Of a stretch of 64,000 bases of DNA, positions 19,350-28,511 are shown one piece after another. The translations under genes were made by a program, and so were the position numbers. This DNA is from a virus, in the IMG/VR virus record IMGVR_UViG_3300044946_000175, positions 32,001 through 96,000 of that record; one strand, 5' to 3'. Under the pieces are notes generated by a model. It saw nothing but the letters and a program-made list of their open reading frames with translations. It was not told where the DNA came from and made no database searches. The number at the start of each line of letters is the position of its first letter. The first letter of the stretch is position 1.

Positions 19350-19826
19350 ATGAAACGTTTAGTGTTCGCAGTGACAGTGTTCGTCACTTTGTTTTCCGCA
19401 GGCATCGCCGGTGCTCAGTGCAACAGTGCAGCCAGCGCTAGCAGTTGTTCTACTTCGGCCAGACACGGACTGTTTTATAAACTGACGCATCGACATCAGG
19501 GTACTGTGGCTTCGGCATGCGCGACCCAGACGATCAGTACGGTAGTCCAGACCACGACCGTCACGACTCAGGTTCAGAAAAAGCCTGTCGGCGGTAAAAG
19601 ATTCAGCGGAGTTTTTCTGGACGCGGCCAAGGCCGAACTCAAGCGAATCGTGGTATCCACCGGTCGGCTGACAGAAGCAGGTTACGATCAGGCATTGGCG
19701 AACTACACAACCAAGGACGCCGTAAATTGGTCTGGATTTTTAACCTTTTTGAACGGACTCTTGGCCGACGCTCCTGAAATTATAGCGTTAGTCCAGCAGA
19801 TAATCGCATTGTTTGGTGGTGGTTGA
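19350..19826 (+). CDS. Secreted protein
   Basis: MKRLVFAVTVFVTLFSAGIAGA signal peptide; amphipathic C-terminus. Confidence 0.65.
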   Translation: MKRLVFAVTVFVTLFSAGIAGAQCNSAASASSCSTSARHGLFYKLTHRHQGTVASACATQTISTVVQTTTVTTQVQKKPVGGKRFSGVFLDAAKAELKRIVVSTGRLTEAGYDQALANYTTKDAVNWSGFLTFLNGLLADAPEIIALVQQIIALFGGG

Positions 19827-19877
19827 GGCTTTTGGTTTCTTTCCATCGCCCATTTTTCCTAACGGAGTAATTAGCTC

Positions 19878-20327
19878 ATGAAATGGATTATCTTGTTTTT
19901 CGCTGTGATTCTGACGGCTGGTAGTTCACTCGCTGCTGAAGATGCGCTCGATGAAGTCAATGCCTTGCGTGCCAAACGAGGACTTCCACCGTTCATTCGC
20001 GATGATGGATTGACTGAAGGCGCAAAGAAGATCGCCGACTATCGAGCGGCGAATTTGATCTTCGGTCACGTCATGAATGGTTCGTATGCACTCGATCACT
20101 CATTCGTTCCGGCAGGAACGCGAGTCGATACGGCAGGTTGCGCGGCGTATCCGCCAGAGTATGGTTGGCTCTCCTGTGCCGTCAATGAAGCTTACACATA
20201 TGCCGGAGCCGCATATGCAATTGGCTCAGACGGAAAACGTTACATGCATCTATTTTTATCTGGTGGTTCAGCAGCAACGCAGACGACCAGCTATGCGGCA
20301 TATCGTCGTGTATTTAGACGACGATGA
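19878..20327 (+). CDS. Secreted CAP/SCP domain protein
   Basis: Signal peptide; LDEVNALRAKRGLPP...D..L...A; YAGAAY...DGKRY. Confidence 0.75.
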   Translation: MKWIILFFAVILTAGSSLAAEDALDEVNALRAKRGLPPFIRDDGLTEGAKKIADYRAANLIFGHVMNGSYALDHSFVPAGTRVDTAGCAAYPPEYGWLSCAVNEAYTYAGAAYAIGSDGKRYMHLFLSGGSAATQTTSYAAYRRVFRRR

Positions 20328-20363
20328 TCCAATCCGCAAGGATTGGTGTTAGGTAGGGAAAGA

Positions 20364-20402
20364 GCAATACGCCGGGGATGGATTCTCCGGCGTATTGCCT
20401 TC
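20364..20402 (+). terminator. Stem-loop ending the late block
   Basis: 15-bp stem GCAATACGCCGGGGA/TCTCCGGCGTATTGC. Confidence 0.7.
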
Positions 20403-20562
20403 AGTGCCTTTAGTCAGTCTGGCGGCACTTCTTCAGGAGTTTTAGCTCGTAAGCCAGTTCGCATTGTAATTCCTCCAGTTCTTCAATCCTATCCCACAAA
20501 AACCTAAAAGACAAATTAAAAACCATTCTTTGACTTTACTTCATCCGTAATGCATATTTCTG

Positions 20563-20823
20563 ATGGACAGTCTTTCCAAACAACTGACATCGGAGACGGC
20601 GATGGTAATGGATACTATTCGGGCTGAAGAGCGGCGTAAAGCAGCATATTTGAATTATGATTATAGTGTAAGCAAACTGACTCTGGCCGAAGTGCTGGAG
20701 GTCGATCTCGAACACATAGAACAGTATAACCGAAAGGTCATTACTGGCGGAGAACTCGACTGCCTCTTTCACTGGGGTGTCCTCCCCCATCGTCTGTTTG
20801 ATAGACTTCAGAGCGTGGTCTGA
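20563..20823 (+). CDS. Hypothetical protein
   Basis: 86-aa ORF. Confidence 0.55.
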   Translation: MDSLSKQLTSETAMVMDTIRAEERRKAAYLNYDYSVSKLTLAEVLEVDLEHIEQYNRKVITGGELDCLFHWGVLPHRLFDRLQSVV

Positions 20824-20868
20824 AAAGACAAAATTTTAACTTGCCTTTTCACTCCTGGATGGTAAGAT
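20823..20868 (+). promoter_or_regulatory. Early-type promoter TTGCCT-N16-TAAGAT with upstream inverted AAAAGACAAAA
   Basis: -35 at 20841-20846, -10 at 20863-20868. Confidence 0.75.
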
Positions 20869-20909
20869 GGGTGTGTAGGACGAAATCACCACCACACAGG
20901 AGCAAAGTT

Positions 20910-21473
20910 ATGAATATGCGTTTCTGCTCTGCTACTGGCCGAATGATGCACAAATTCAATCCCGAAACACACCAGTGCGCCTGCGGTCGATGGGAGCGCG
21001 GTTTTAAGCCAAAGACTGGTCCAGTCAAGCCACGGGCAGAGTGTCAAATTTGCGAAGGTCAGTGGGCTCTTGAAAGTACAGGCTGCATCGGACATCACGG
21101 ATACAAGCGTCCTGGATGCGGTTTTATCGCTGGTGACTGCATGGGCGTGGACCACAAACCATATCCAGCGACGGACGCGCTGGAAAAGTACGAAATCTGC
21201 CTGATGGGGATCTTGGCTCGTGCTCAAGATAACCTGACAGAACTGCCAACACTGACGGAGTTTCATCATCAAATGACCAGATCGCGAAAAGAACCAAAGA
21301 CGGTAGTGGTCAAGAAGGGTGATGAATACAGACTCGATCTGGAATACAGACAATATGTTCCTTCTTTTGACGATTTGGTGAAAAGACGTGGAACCGAACT
21401 GGTCCAAAAAATCGAGTCTCTTCGAAGTGAACTGGTGCGCGTAAAAACACGAATCACAAAGGCAAAACAATGA
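20910..21473 (+). CDS. Zn-binding hypothetical phage protein
   Basis: CQIC...HHGY.RPG.G...G.C.G motif; AGGAG RBS. Confidence 0.7.
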   Translation: MNMRFCSATGRMMHKFNPETHQCACGRWERGFKPKTGPVKPRAECQICEGQWALESTGCIGHHGYKRPGCGFIAGDCMGVDHKPYPATDALEKYEICLMGILARAQDNLTELPTLTEFHHQMTRSRKEPKTVVVKKGDEYRLDLEYRQYVPSFDDLVKRRGTELVQKIESLRSELVRVKTRITKAKQ

Positions 21474-21772
21474 GTAAGCGTAAAAACGTTCATGTTATTG
21501 TCACTACAGAATCAACCCTCGCCACAAAGGAAGTTCCTTATGTGTCTGGTTGGGGCGAAAACGCCAAAGCGTTTCGGGTTGACGGAGACGTAATGAAGAT
21601 CGACATCAATGACGATGTCGGGAAAGGATTAGTGAGTTTTGTGATCCGGGAGGATGGATCGCTTATCGTTACTAATTATCAAGGAGTCTACAGCCTATTT
21701 CTCGGCAGTAATGTGCGATTGGAGAACGTGATGCCCTGGAGTGAAACCCAAACAGGAGCAGACAAATGCTGA
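21470..21772 (+). CDS. Hypothetical protein
   Basis: ATGA coupling; AAGGCAAAA before the start. Confidence 0.65.
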   Translation: MSKRKNVHVIVTTESTLATKEVPYVSGWGENAKAFRVDGDVMKIDINDDVGKGLVSFVIREDGSLIVTNYQGVYSLFLGSNVRLENVMPWSETQTGADKC

Positions 21773-22359
21773 AGAAAGACATCGTTGTCGGCGGTCTCTA
21801 CAAGGCCAAAGTGTCCAACAAAATCGTAACGGTACGGGTGGACAAGATCCGCACGTCTTACGGAACTGGTCGTACTCGCGATGCTACCGTTTACGATGTG
21901 ACAAATCTTACAACGAAGCGAACGACTACATTCCGGAGCGCGGCAAAGTTCCGAGAGTCCGTACAGACATGGACTACTTTGGTTTCAATCAAATCGAACA
22001 GACCGCGATTCAAAATAGGAGATCGAATCAAGATCGGTCCAAATACGATAGGTTATGAAGGGCATTACAAAGCTGGTGATGAAGGGACCATAAAAAAAAT
22101 CGAATGGGACAAAGGCGGAGGCGGACATGCGCCTGGGTGGGTCTGCACAGTCGATATTTCGGCTTCTGCCTACTCAAAGTTCTGGGAAGAGCTTCTGGAG
22201 CCGGTCATGGAGGGTGAGAAGCGCACGGATTTTCCTGTCCAGAATGCTCCATCTGCGGAGACTACCTCGAATCGGGCTGGTGTCATTCCTGCTACAAATT
22301 TACCGAAAAATAAGCCAGGAACGTGGCAACTGTCGGATGATTTACCGGGTAGTTATTAG
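21766..22359 (+). CDS. Hypothetical protein (SH3/KOW-like segments)
   Basis: DIVVGGLYKAKVS..IVTVRV and FKIGDRIKI segments; AGGAG RBS. Confidence 0.7.
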   Translation: MLKKDIVVGGLYKAKVSNKIVTVRVDKIRTSYGTGRTRDATVYDVTNLTTKRTTTFRSAAKFRESVQTWTTLVSIKSNRPRFKIGDRIKIGPNTIGYEGHYKAGDEGTIKKIEWDKGGGGHAPGWVCTVDISASAYSKFWEELLEPVMEGEKRTDFPVQNAPSAETTSNRAGVIPATNLPKNKPGTWQLSDDLPGSY

Positions 22360-22378
22360 TCTTTTTGCAAATTCTGCA

Positions 22379-22425
22379 AAAAGGCAAAATAATTAGTTGC
22401 CTTTCACCAGAATCGAAACTAAGAT
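22379..22425 (+). promoter_or_regulatory. Early-type promoter TTGCCT-N17-TAAGAT with inverted AAAAGGCAAAA
   Basis: -35 at 22397-22402, -10 at 22420-22425. Confidence 0.75.
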
Positions 22426-22472
22426 GAAAGTGTAAGTCGAAGTGACTTACCTAATCACTCAGGAGACTTTTG

Positions 22473-23216
22473 ATGTCCAATCTCATGCTTCACTCGGGCG
22501 GTCGTCAGGCAACCATCGAAGAGGTCCGCGCCGTCGTCACTCCGGCTCCGGAGGGTCGCTGGCATCCCACTTCACACATTACCGTTCTGGACAGCGTCCG
22601 CGAGACTCTCACTGGTGCTGGCTACACGATCAAGGCCGAAAAGTACGGTCTGGCCCGTAATGATCACCGCTTCTTTGGCATCCTGGACCTGGAAACTCCA
22701 CTCGTGACTGGTGTTGGTCTGTCCGTGGGTGTCCGAAACAGCACAGACAAGACCTTCCCGTTGGGATTTGCGGCTGGTTCCCGTGTGTTTGTCTGCGATA
22801 ACCTTGCCTTCAGCGCGGAGTTGATGGTTCGCCGCAAACACACCAGGTTCGGCCTTCAGCGGTTCGGTAATGCGATTGGAGAGGCAGTTGCTTCACTCAC
22901 GTCCTTCAAGGACGCCGAAGCAGATCGCATCAAGAAGCTGGCCGATATGGAATTGACGGCACGGGATGCTAGTCACATCATCCTGACCGCCTATCGGCGT
23001 GGTATTATCAACACGCAGCAGATTTCGGACGTCATCAAGGAATGGGAAGAGCCTCGTCATAAAGACTTCCAGCCCCGTACCGCGTGGAGTTTGTTCAATA
23101 GCTTCACGGAGATTCTTCGGGATCGGGCCATCAAGAATCCCCAGGCGTTCGTGGCTTCCACCATTCGCCTGAATGGACTGATGCTGCCCGAAGCGACTCC
23201 TGCTCTGGCTGTGTAA
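22473..23216 (+). CDS. DUF932 family protein
   Basis: P...WHP.SH, RFFG, GVRNS.DK, G.RVFVCDNLAF, KHT, TAWSLFN.FTE. Confidence 0.85.
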   Translation: MSNLMLHSGGRQATIEEVRAVVTPAPEGRWHPTSHITVLDSVRETLTGAGYTIKAEKYGLARNDHRFFGILDLETPLVTGVGLSVGVRNSTDKTFPLGFAAGSRVFVCDNLAFSAELMVRRKHTRFGLQRFGNAIGEAVASLTSFKDAEADRIKKLADMELTARDASHIILTAYRRGIINTQQISDVIKEWEEPRHKDFQPRTAWSLFNSFTEILRDRAIKNPQAFVASTIRLNGLMLPEATPALAV

Positions 23217-23230
23217 CCGGCAGTTCCGAG

Positions 23231-23261
23231 AAAAGGCAGGATTATATCTTGCCTTTTCTTT
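23231..23261 (+). terminator. Hairpin AAAAGGCAGGAT-TAT-ATCTTGCCTTTT plus T tract
   Basis: Inverted repeat built from the recurrent motif, right after DUF932. Confidence 0.55.
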
Positions 23262-23295
23262 ATGTCAAAACACCCCAAACATAAAAAGGCAAAAC

Positions 23296-23913
23296 ATGAA
23301 CGCTACTTCAAAAATCCTTTGGCTCCGCGAGCGCATCCGCGATCAACAAAAGTGGATTGAAATGAATGGTGGTGATCTTGCCGGTTATCGGGCACGATAC
23401 GGAGATGTGAACTATGCTCCGTTGAACGCCGATGGTAGTATTCGTACATTCACTATTCCGACTGAGAGACAGACGCCAGAGCTTATCGAAGGACTAAAGC
23501 GGATAGACTCCGTGCGATTTGTCGTTCCCATGTACGCTGACGGCGGTTCCAAAATCTGGGAAGCCGATGTGATGGCTTACGACAAGCTGGTGGATGAATT
23601 ACTCGAACTGGAGAAACAGCATCCAGAAGCAGCACGGACGGCTGGCATTGCTGATCCTCGTCCGGTTGTTATTAAGTGCATGAAGAATTACGATCCCGAA
23701 CGCGATCTGAAGTATTTCGGATCGCTAGTGCATAGTTGGGATAATAGCCCCCGACCTTCAAATGGAGAAATAGCTGCAAGTTCTATAGCTCATAATCTGC
23801 TCCAAAATCTCGGCAAACTGGACGAGTCGGCGCAACGAGGTGTGGTTGCTTTTGTCGAACTGCTCATGCGGGGCGAAGTCAAACGAGCTAGTGAGATTTT
23901 GAGGGGCAAATAA
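23296..23913 (+). CDS. Hypothetical protein
   Basis: 205 aa; AAAAGGCAAAAC-ATG. Confidence 0.65.
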   Translation: MNATSKILWLRERIRDQQKWIEMNGGDLAGYRARYGDVNYAPLNADGSIRTFTIPTERQTPELIEGLKRIDSVRFVVPMYADGGSKIWEADVMAYDKLVDELLELEKQHPEAARTAGIADPRPVVIKCMKNYDPERDLKYFGSLVHSWDNSPRPSNGEIAASSIAHNLLQNLGKLDESAQRGVVAFVELLMRGEVKRASEILRGK

Positions 23914-23957
23914 AAGGCAAAATTCTGACTTGCCTTTTCTGGAATCGGTTGTAAGAT
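23912..23957 (+). promoter_or_regulatory. Early-type promoter TTGCCT-N16-TAAGAT with inverted motif
   Basis: -35 at 23930-23935, -10 at 23952-23957. Confidence 0.75.
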
Positions 23958-23985
23958 TCTGGTAACTCAAACTCAGGAGCTTGCT

Positions 23986-24522
23986 ATGCCGAATTCTGTT
24001 ACCGTTATGCATTACGGAGTCGAGGGAACTGGTCGTACTGTGACTGAGGCAAAGAAAGATGCCGGTAAGAAGATCGAGAAGGCGTTGGAGGGCAGCTATA
24101 CGCCGCAGATTCTTGCGTGGCGTGGTTATGTCGCTTTGGTCTATCGCGATATGCAGGGATGGCAGAGTCGTCTCATCATGGACCCGGAGCGAGGCGTCAT
24201 CGACGGTCCTGTCCACGGATCGCATTACGGAGACGAAATCAAGGAAGCGGTGGATGCAGCCAACAGTAATCTTGCTCAACTTGGTTGGAAGCCTGAAGAT
24301 TGCCTGGAATGTCCGTCCATCCTTACCACACGCGAGCAGCAGAGCGATTTTCGGCACTGGTGCAAGTTTCAGTTGCGATATAAGGCAGCGAAGAGTGCTG
24401 GCTTGAACGACAACGAAGCTCATTCCTTCGCCGGATATAACCCGTCAACGCCGGAACTTCAGACGAGAGTTCCACAAGAGGCTCTGGCTGCATTCGGCGT
24501 GGCTGAGTCGAAGGCGATTTAA
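23986..24522 (+). CDS. Hypothetical protein
   Basis: AGGAG RBS, 178 aa. Confidence 0.7.
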   Translation: MPNSVTVMHYGVEGTGRTVTEAKKDAGKKIEKALEGSYTPQILAWRGYVALVYRDMQGWQSRLIMDPERGVIDGPVHGSHYGDEIKEAVDAANSNLAQLGWKPEDCLECPSILTTREQQSDFRHWCKFQLRYKAAKSAGLNDNEAHSFAGYNPSTPELQTRVPQEALAAFGVAESKAI

Positions 24523-24577
24523 TGGCTGTTCAGTTTGTATCGAAATTCAAACCGACCAGTTCAGAGGAGGAAGACAA

Positions 24578-24790
24578 ATGAATAAAAAAGACATATTCAT
24601 CCGCGCCTTGGCTGAATTCTTGGTGAAGGACCAAGCTAAAAAGAGTGTGGAACTGGCAATGGGGAATGAACACGCCAAGCAGTGGGCGGATCTCAGGAGC
24701 GCCTCTCCGCTGTTCGACTATCCAACAGTTGAAGAGGCTGAAAAGAGCCTGAAGGAATTTTTCTCTAACAAAACAGGAAAAGGCAAATGA
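24578..24790 (+). CDS. Hypothetical protein
   Basis: GAGGAG RBS. Confidence 0.65.
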   Translation: MNKKDIFIRALAEFLVKDQAKKSVELAMGNEHAKQWADLRSASPLFDYPTVEEAEKSLKEFFSNKTGKGK

Positions 24791-24921
24791 CAACCGAGAC
24801 AGCAAAGTTTATACTCGACGTATTTCCGGTCTGTTTTTTGATCGTAACCATACCCGGCTTCATCCTGGTGTTTTTGCTGCTAGTGAAGTCGATAATTTCT
24901 GTGGGAGATAGAGATAAATGA
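24787..24921 (+). CDS. 44-aa membrane peptide
   Basis: MTTETAKFILDVFPVCFLIVTIPGFILVFLLLV; ATGA-coupled on both sides. Confidence 0.55.
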   Translation: MTTETAKFILDVFPVCFLIVTIPGFILVFLLLVKSIISVGDRDK

Positions 24922-25412
24922 ATAAAAGATTTCCTCCACGATTGAATTACGGCAGTACGATGGAGTTCTCCGTCGCGCACGGATTTCTCGAAAACGGTCC
25001 ATCGAAGTCAAAGCCAAAACTGCCGCGATTGTTGCAGTTTGTCCTTCCTCCCTTCCAGCGTGGCGAGGTGTGGACCACTACGCAAAAATCGCGATTCATC
25101 GAGTCGTTGTGGTTGGGTCTGCCGATTTCTGTCTATGCTTACAATGAGTCGCCTACCTTCGGCGAAATCGACTACTGGCTCATCGATGGGCAACAGAGAT
25201 GGACGGCAATTCGAGACTTTGTAGAGAATAAATTCGAAGTGTTCGGCGGGTTGAAGTATAGCGACATGAACGAGTGCGAATTGAGGCAGTTCAAGAACAA
25301 ACGATTTCCTGCCATCTTGATCAATAGTGACGACGTGAAGGAGTTGCAGGATATATATGAGCGGCTGGCTTATGGCGGAACTGCTCACGAAAAATCAGGA
25401 GAAAGCAAATGA
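24918..25412 (+). CDS. DUF262 (ParB/Srx-like, GmrSD N-terminal) domain protein
   Basis: PPFQR..VWT..K.RFIESL..GLPI, LIDGQQRWTAI, YERL.YGG. Confidence 0.85.
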   Translation: MNKRFPPRLNYGSTMEFSVAHGFLENGPSKSKPKLPRLLQFVLPPFQRGEVWTTTQKSRFIESLWLGLPISVYAYNESPTFGEIDYWLIDGQQRWTAIRDFVENKFEVFGGLKYSDMNECELRQFKNKRFPAILINSDDVKELQDIYERLAYGGTAHEKSGESK

Positions 25413-25621
25413 AACTTGACGACGACAAGACTGAGGCAACTTTGTGGATGATCTTTTCGTGCGTTGCCTTGTTCGGTCTCTTATCGCACGAGGGAGTCCG
25501 ACAGGCTAAGGGTCCGGATGATAACGCAGAGCGTGACGCGGCCGCAAGCGCTGATAGAATGCTCAGGAGATTCAAAAAAAGATTCGACCAAGATTCTGAG
25601 TCGTTCGGAAAGGCAAAATAA
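25409..25621 (+). CDS. Hypothetical protein
   Basis: Translationally coupled ORF. Confidence 0.6.
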   Translation: MKLDDDKTEATLWMIFSCVALFGLLSHEGVRQAKGPDDNAERDAAASADRMLRRFKKRFDQDSESFGKAK

Positions 25622-25833
25622 TGATTCGTCCAAAATGGACTACCGCTAAACCGACCCAACCCGGCTGGTACTGGTATCGTCAGGGAGCAGGTGGTGAGAT
25701 AATTGTTTCTCTTCATCAATACAACGATTCATTCATTATACGATTTTCTGGTAACGGCCAGAGCTTTGATTTTGATGAAGTGGTTGCAGAATATCCGGGC
25801 GCTGAGTGGGCCGGGCCGTTAGAAAAGCCTTAA
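25621..25833 (+). CDS. Small phage protein with WT..KPT.PGWYWYR...WAGP motif
   Basis: Motif common in small phage proteins. Confidence 0.7.
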   Translation: MIRPKWTTAKPTQPGWYWYRQGAGGEIIVSLHQYNDSFIIRFSGNGQSFDFDEVVAEYPGAEWAGPLEKP

Positions 25834-25957
25834 AAATTCCGTCAAGAATCCGTAGCACGATAACCCCATCTTCTGCGAGTGTATTTCCAGAGGCTTCTGC
25901 GCTCCATTACTTTCGATAGAATAAAACCGATCAATAACCTGAACCTGGAAAGTTCAT

Positions 25958-26467
25958 ATGAATGCTAGACCGAACGCGAAAGAATTGAGAGAAAAGGCTG
26001 CTGAACTCAAAGAGGCAAAGAATGCCATCAAGACGGTGCCTCTTACCGTCGAGAACGTGGATCGTCTGGATGCGACCACTTCAAATGCAAAAGCATCTGC
26101 CAAACCGAAGCCGGAAAAGAAGCAAAAACCACCAAAAGACCCAAAAGACATAAAACCACCCCAACCGCCAGACCCTAACTCCAAGAGAAGTCAGAAAAAG
26201 CTCAAAGGACGGCTCCCGCACGGTTCCAGGTTCGACAATTTCGTTTATGATGGCGAGAAAGTGGAGTGGACGGGGATACTCACAGTTCCTGGATTCGAGG
26301 TATTTAGGGACCGGGCCAATGGCGTGATGACTCTGTTTTCCAGACTTGATAAAGCCTATCGAAGAGCGGCGAAGGAACGAGAGTCTGCCTCACCCGTTCC
26401 ACCATCGCCAGAGCCGAACTGCGAGCAGCACACTGGCAATGATGACCAAAATCGCGATGGCGAGTAG
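25958..26467 (+). CDS. Lys/Pro-rich hypothetical protein
   Basis: 169 aa; GRLPHGSRF...WTG.L.VP. Confidence 0.65.
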   Translation: MNARPNAKELREKAAELKEAKNAIKTVPLTVENVDRLDATTSNAKASAKPKPEKKQKPPKDPKDIKPPQPPDPNSKRSQKKLKGRLPHGSRFDNFVYDGEKVEWTGILTVPGFEVFRDRANGVMTLFSRLDKAYRRAAKERESASPVPPSPEPNCEQHTGNDDQNRDGE

Positions 26468-26509
26468 TATCGGTAGTTCCAGAGTTGCATATCCAGCTTT
26501 GCGTTTCAT
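26390..26509 (-). CDS. 39-aa prepilin-like membrane peptide
   Basis: MKRKAG|YATLE followed by a hydrophobic helix; GAGG upstream. Confidence 0.4.
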   Translation of the reverse strand: MKRKAGYATLELPILLAIAILVIIASVLLAVRLWRWWNG

Positions 26510-26628
26510 GGATTTTTCTTGACCTCGAAACTTGATGGGCATAGACTTTTGGGGTGGATTAAACGGAAAGAGCGAGTTTTCCCGCAAAGAAAAGACTCGC
26601 TCGACCGTCACGTCAGTGTGAGCACATT

Positions 26629-26967
26629 CTATGTGACACACCGACCATAAGCAATTCCACAATTCAAAAATTCTTTGCGTATAGCCTCCAGGTTTGAGGC
26701 GACGGAAATGCCATACATCTGCGGACTGGCGAGCAATAGCGGTATGGGAACCGGCTTGGCGTTGTAGTAGCGGGAGTTCCCCACTACCAGCCAAAGTCGG
26801 CTGGCTGCATTTTCTCGATTGAAAAGAGGGAATGCTATCGGTTTGTTGAGGTGACGGGTGGGTGAATTTATTTCACTGGCTTTGTCCAACTGTGCAAGCA
26901 GTTCCATGCGTTCGGGGGTAGGTGGCTGGCGCTCCTTAATAGAGCATGGAGTCGTGGGGGTCAGCAT
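26629..26967 (-). CDS. Possible hypothetical protein
   Basis: Long ORF occupying the gap on the - strand; start uncertain. Confidence 0.3.
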   Translation of the reverse strand: MLTPTTPCSIKERQPPTPERMELLAQLDKASEINSPTRHLNKPIAFPLFNRENAASRLWLVVGNSRYYNAKPVPIPLLLASPQMYGISVASNLEAIRKEFLNCGIAYGRCVT

Positions 26968-27043
26968 GGGCTGGCGTCCGGAGCGACTGTAAACAAGACT
27001 CCGGACCAAACGAAAGCGAGGATGAGGGGTGACGCATTCGTGA

Positions 27044-27098
27044 AGTAGCTCCGTATCGTTTCAAGATCATTTAAATCTTGGAATGGTACGGGGCTACT
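27044..27098 (+). other. 24-bp RNA hairpin upstream of an HNH gene
   Basis: All four non-Watson-Crick pairs are G-U on the + strand. Confidence 0.65.
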
Positions 27099-27176
27099 CC
27101 GCTCAGAATCCAGGATCAACATTCCATTTCAGAGTTGGTTGTGTTTAGCTTTGTGTGTTGGAAGTGAGGTGTTTTG

Positions 27177-27734
27177 ATGGATGCAGTACAATATGCGAAA
27201 TACCTAAGATCGGATCATTGGATTGAGTTCAGCAGTCATGTCCGGAAGAGTCGATGCTTTTGTTGTGGTGTTGAGAAGACTGGTTTGCACGTCCATCACA
27301 TAACATACGAACGTGTTGGGAAAGAACTGGAACAGGATGTTGTGACAGTATGTAATGGATGTCACATCAAAATCCACAAGAGAGTCAAGAGAGGAACCAA
27401 ACTTGAAGATGCACATTTTGTCGTCAAGAAGTCGATGACGAGTCGAGAGGGACACCTGGTCGGGAAGTGGTGTTCGTGGCCGCGCCTTTTGAATCCGTCA
27501 CTACAACAAACCATCGGCAAGTTGAAAGCCTTTCTAGTTCTCAAGGGTCTTTTGGAAGATGGGAGGGCATCAAAGCTCGCATACCGCTTGAAGTTCGCTC
27601 GGGTAGTAAATGGTAAAGAGAGATGGCACAAAATGCGGTTCATTGATATGGCGAGAGCGGATCGTAAGATATGGAGGTGTAGGCAACAAGGAAAGGCAAT
27701 TTATCCATCGCTCCGCAAACGCGCTCTTATTTGA
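27177..27734 (+). CDS. HNH endonuclease
   Basis: YL.S.HW, CFCC, LHVHHITYER.GKE...D...VC..CH..IH. Confidence 0.85.
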   Translation: MDAVQYAKYLRSDHWIEFSSHVRKSRCFCCGVEKTGLHVHHITYERVGKELEQDVVTVCNGCHIKIHKRVKRGTKLEDAHFVVKKSMTSREGHLVGKWCSWPRLLNPSLQQTIGKLKAFLVLKGLLEDGRASKLAYRLKFARVVNGKERWHKMRFIDMARADRKIWRCRQQGKAIYPSLRKRALI

Positions 27735-27744
27735 AAAGGCAAAA

Positions 27745-28221
27745 ATGAAAATTCAACTCTTCTTCGATGGCGGATGTACTCCCCGTAATCCAGGAGGAAC
27801 CGGTACGTGGGCCTACGTCATCAAAGGTCTGACTGAAGCCGACGTGGAAGGGTACGGTGCATTACAGGCTTCTCCCAAGATGACCAACAACGTCGCGGAG
27901 TACGTGGCGCTTGGGAAGGGTCTGCGATTTCTGGCCGACTACCAGAGTACCGACGCGGCAAAGGTCTTGACGAGCCTGGAGATAAGAGGCGACTCCAAGC
28001 TGGTTGTAAACCAACTGACCGAAGAGTGGAAGTGCAACAAGGAACATCTTCAGAAGCTTCGTGCGCGCTGTTGGGAGTTGTTGGAGCAGATCAAGTGTTC
28101 GTGGACTACGGAGTGGATTCCTCGTGAAGAGAACTCACGAGCCGATGCTCTGGGTCACAAGGCTTATACCGAAGCGACCGGACAGCCTTATCCCGATACG
28201 ATCAACGGCAGGCGGATATAA
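27745..28221 (+). CDS. rnhA: Ribonuclease HI
   Basis: FFDGG..P.NPG, TNNVAEY.AL, GDSKLVVNQ, WIPREEN.RAD.L. Confidence 0.92.
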   Translation: MKIQLFFDGGCTPRNPGGTGTWAYVIKGLTEADVEGYGALQASPKMTNNVAEYVALGKGLRFLADYQSTDAAKVLTSLEIRGDSKLVVNQLTEEWKCNKEHLQKLRARCWELLEQIKCSWTTEWIPREENSRADALGHKAYTEATGQPYPDTINGRRI

Positions 28222-28446
28222 ATGGACGATCCTTATTATGAGGTTCGGAGCGAGATTGAAGCCCATGAGAAGTTGCTGAAGTCCCATCCTGATTGTCAAA
28301 GGATGTGGGATGTCTGGGTCGCCCACCCCGACAAAACCAAGAGTGCATTGAATCCTCGTGAGATGGCTGAAGTCTGGGGCGTTTCGGAGTTGAGGCGGCA
28401 TCCTCTATTTGTGCGGTATATCGCGGGTAAGATGGGAGCGGTTTAG
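28222..28446 (+). CDS. Hypothetical protein
   Basis: Adjacent ORF, 74 aa. Confidence 0.55.
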   Translation: MDDPYYEVRSEIEAHEKLLKSHPDCQRMWDVWVAHPDKTKSALNPREMAEVWGVSELRRHPLFVRYIAGKMGAV

Positions 28447-28476
28447 CGGCAAGTCGATAAGAACCTAACTAATAAC

Positions 28477-28504
28477 TTGCCTTTTCATCTTCCTGTGTTA
28501 AAAT
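28477..28504 (+). promoter_or_regulatory. Promoter TTGCCT-N16-TAAAAT (extended -10 TG)
   Basis: ATG follows 7 nt after the -10 box. Confidence 0.7.
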
Positions 28505-28511
28505 CCCGACA

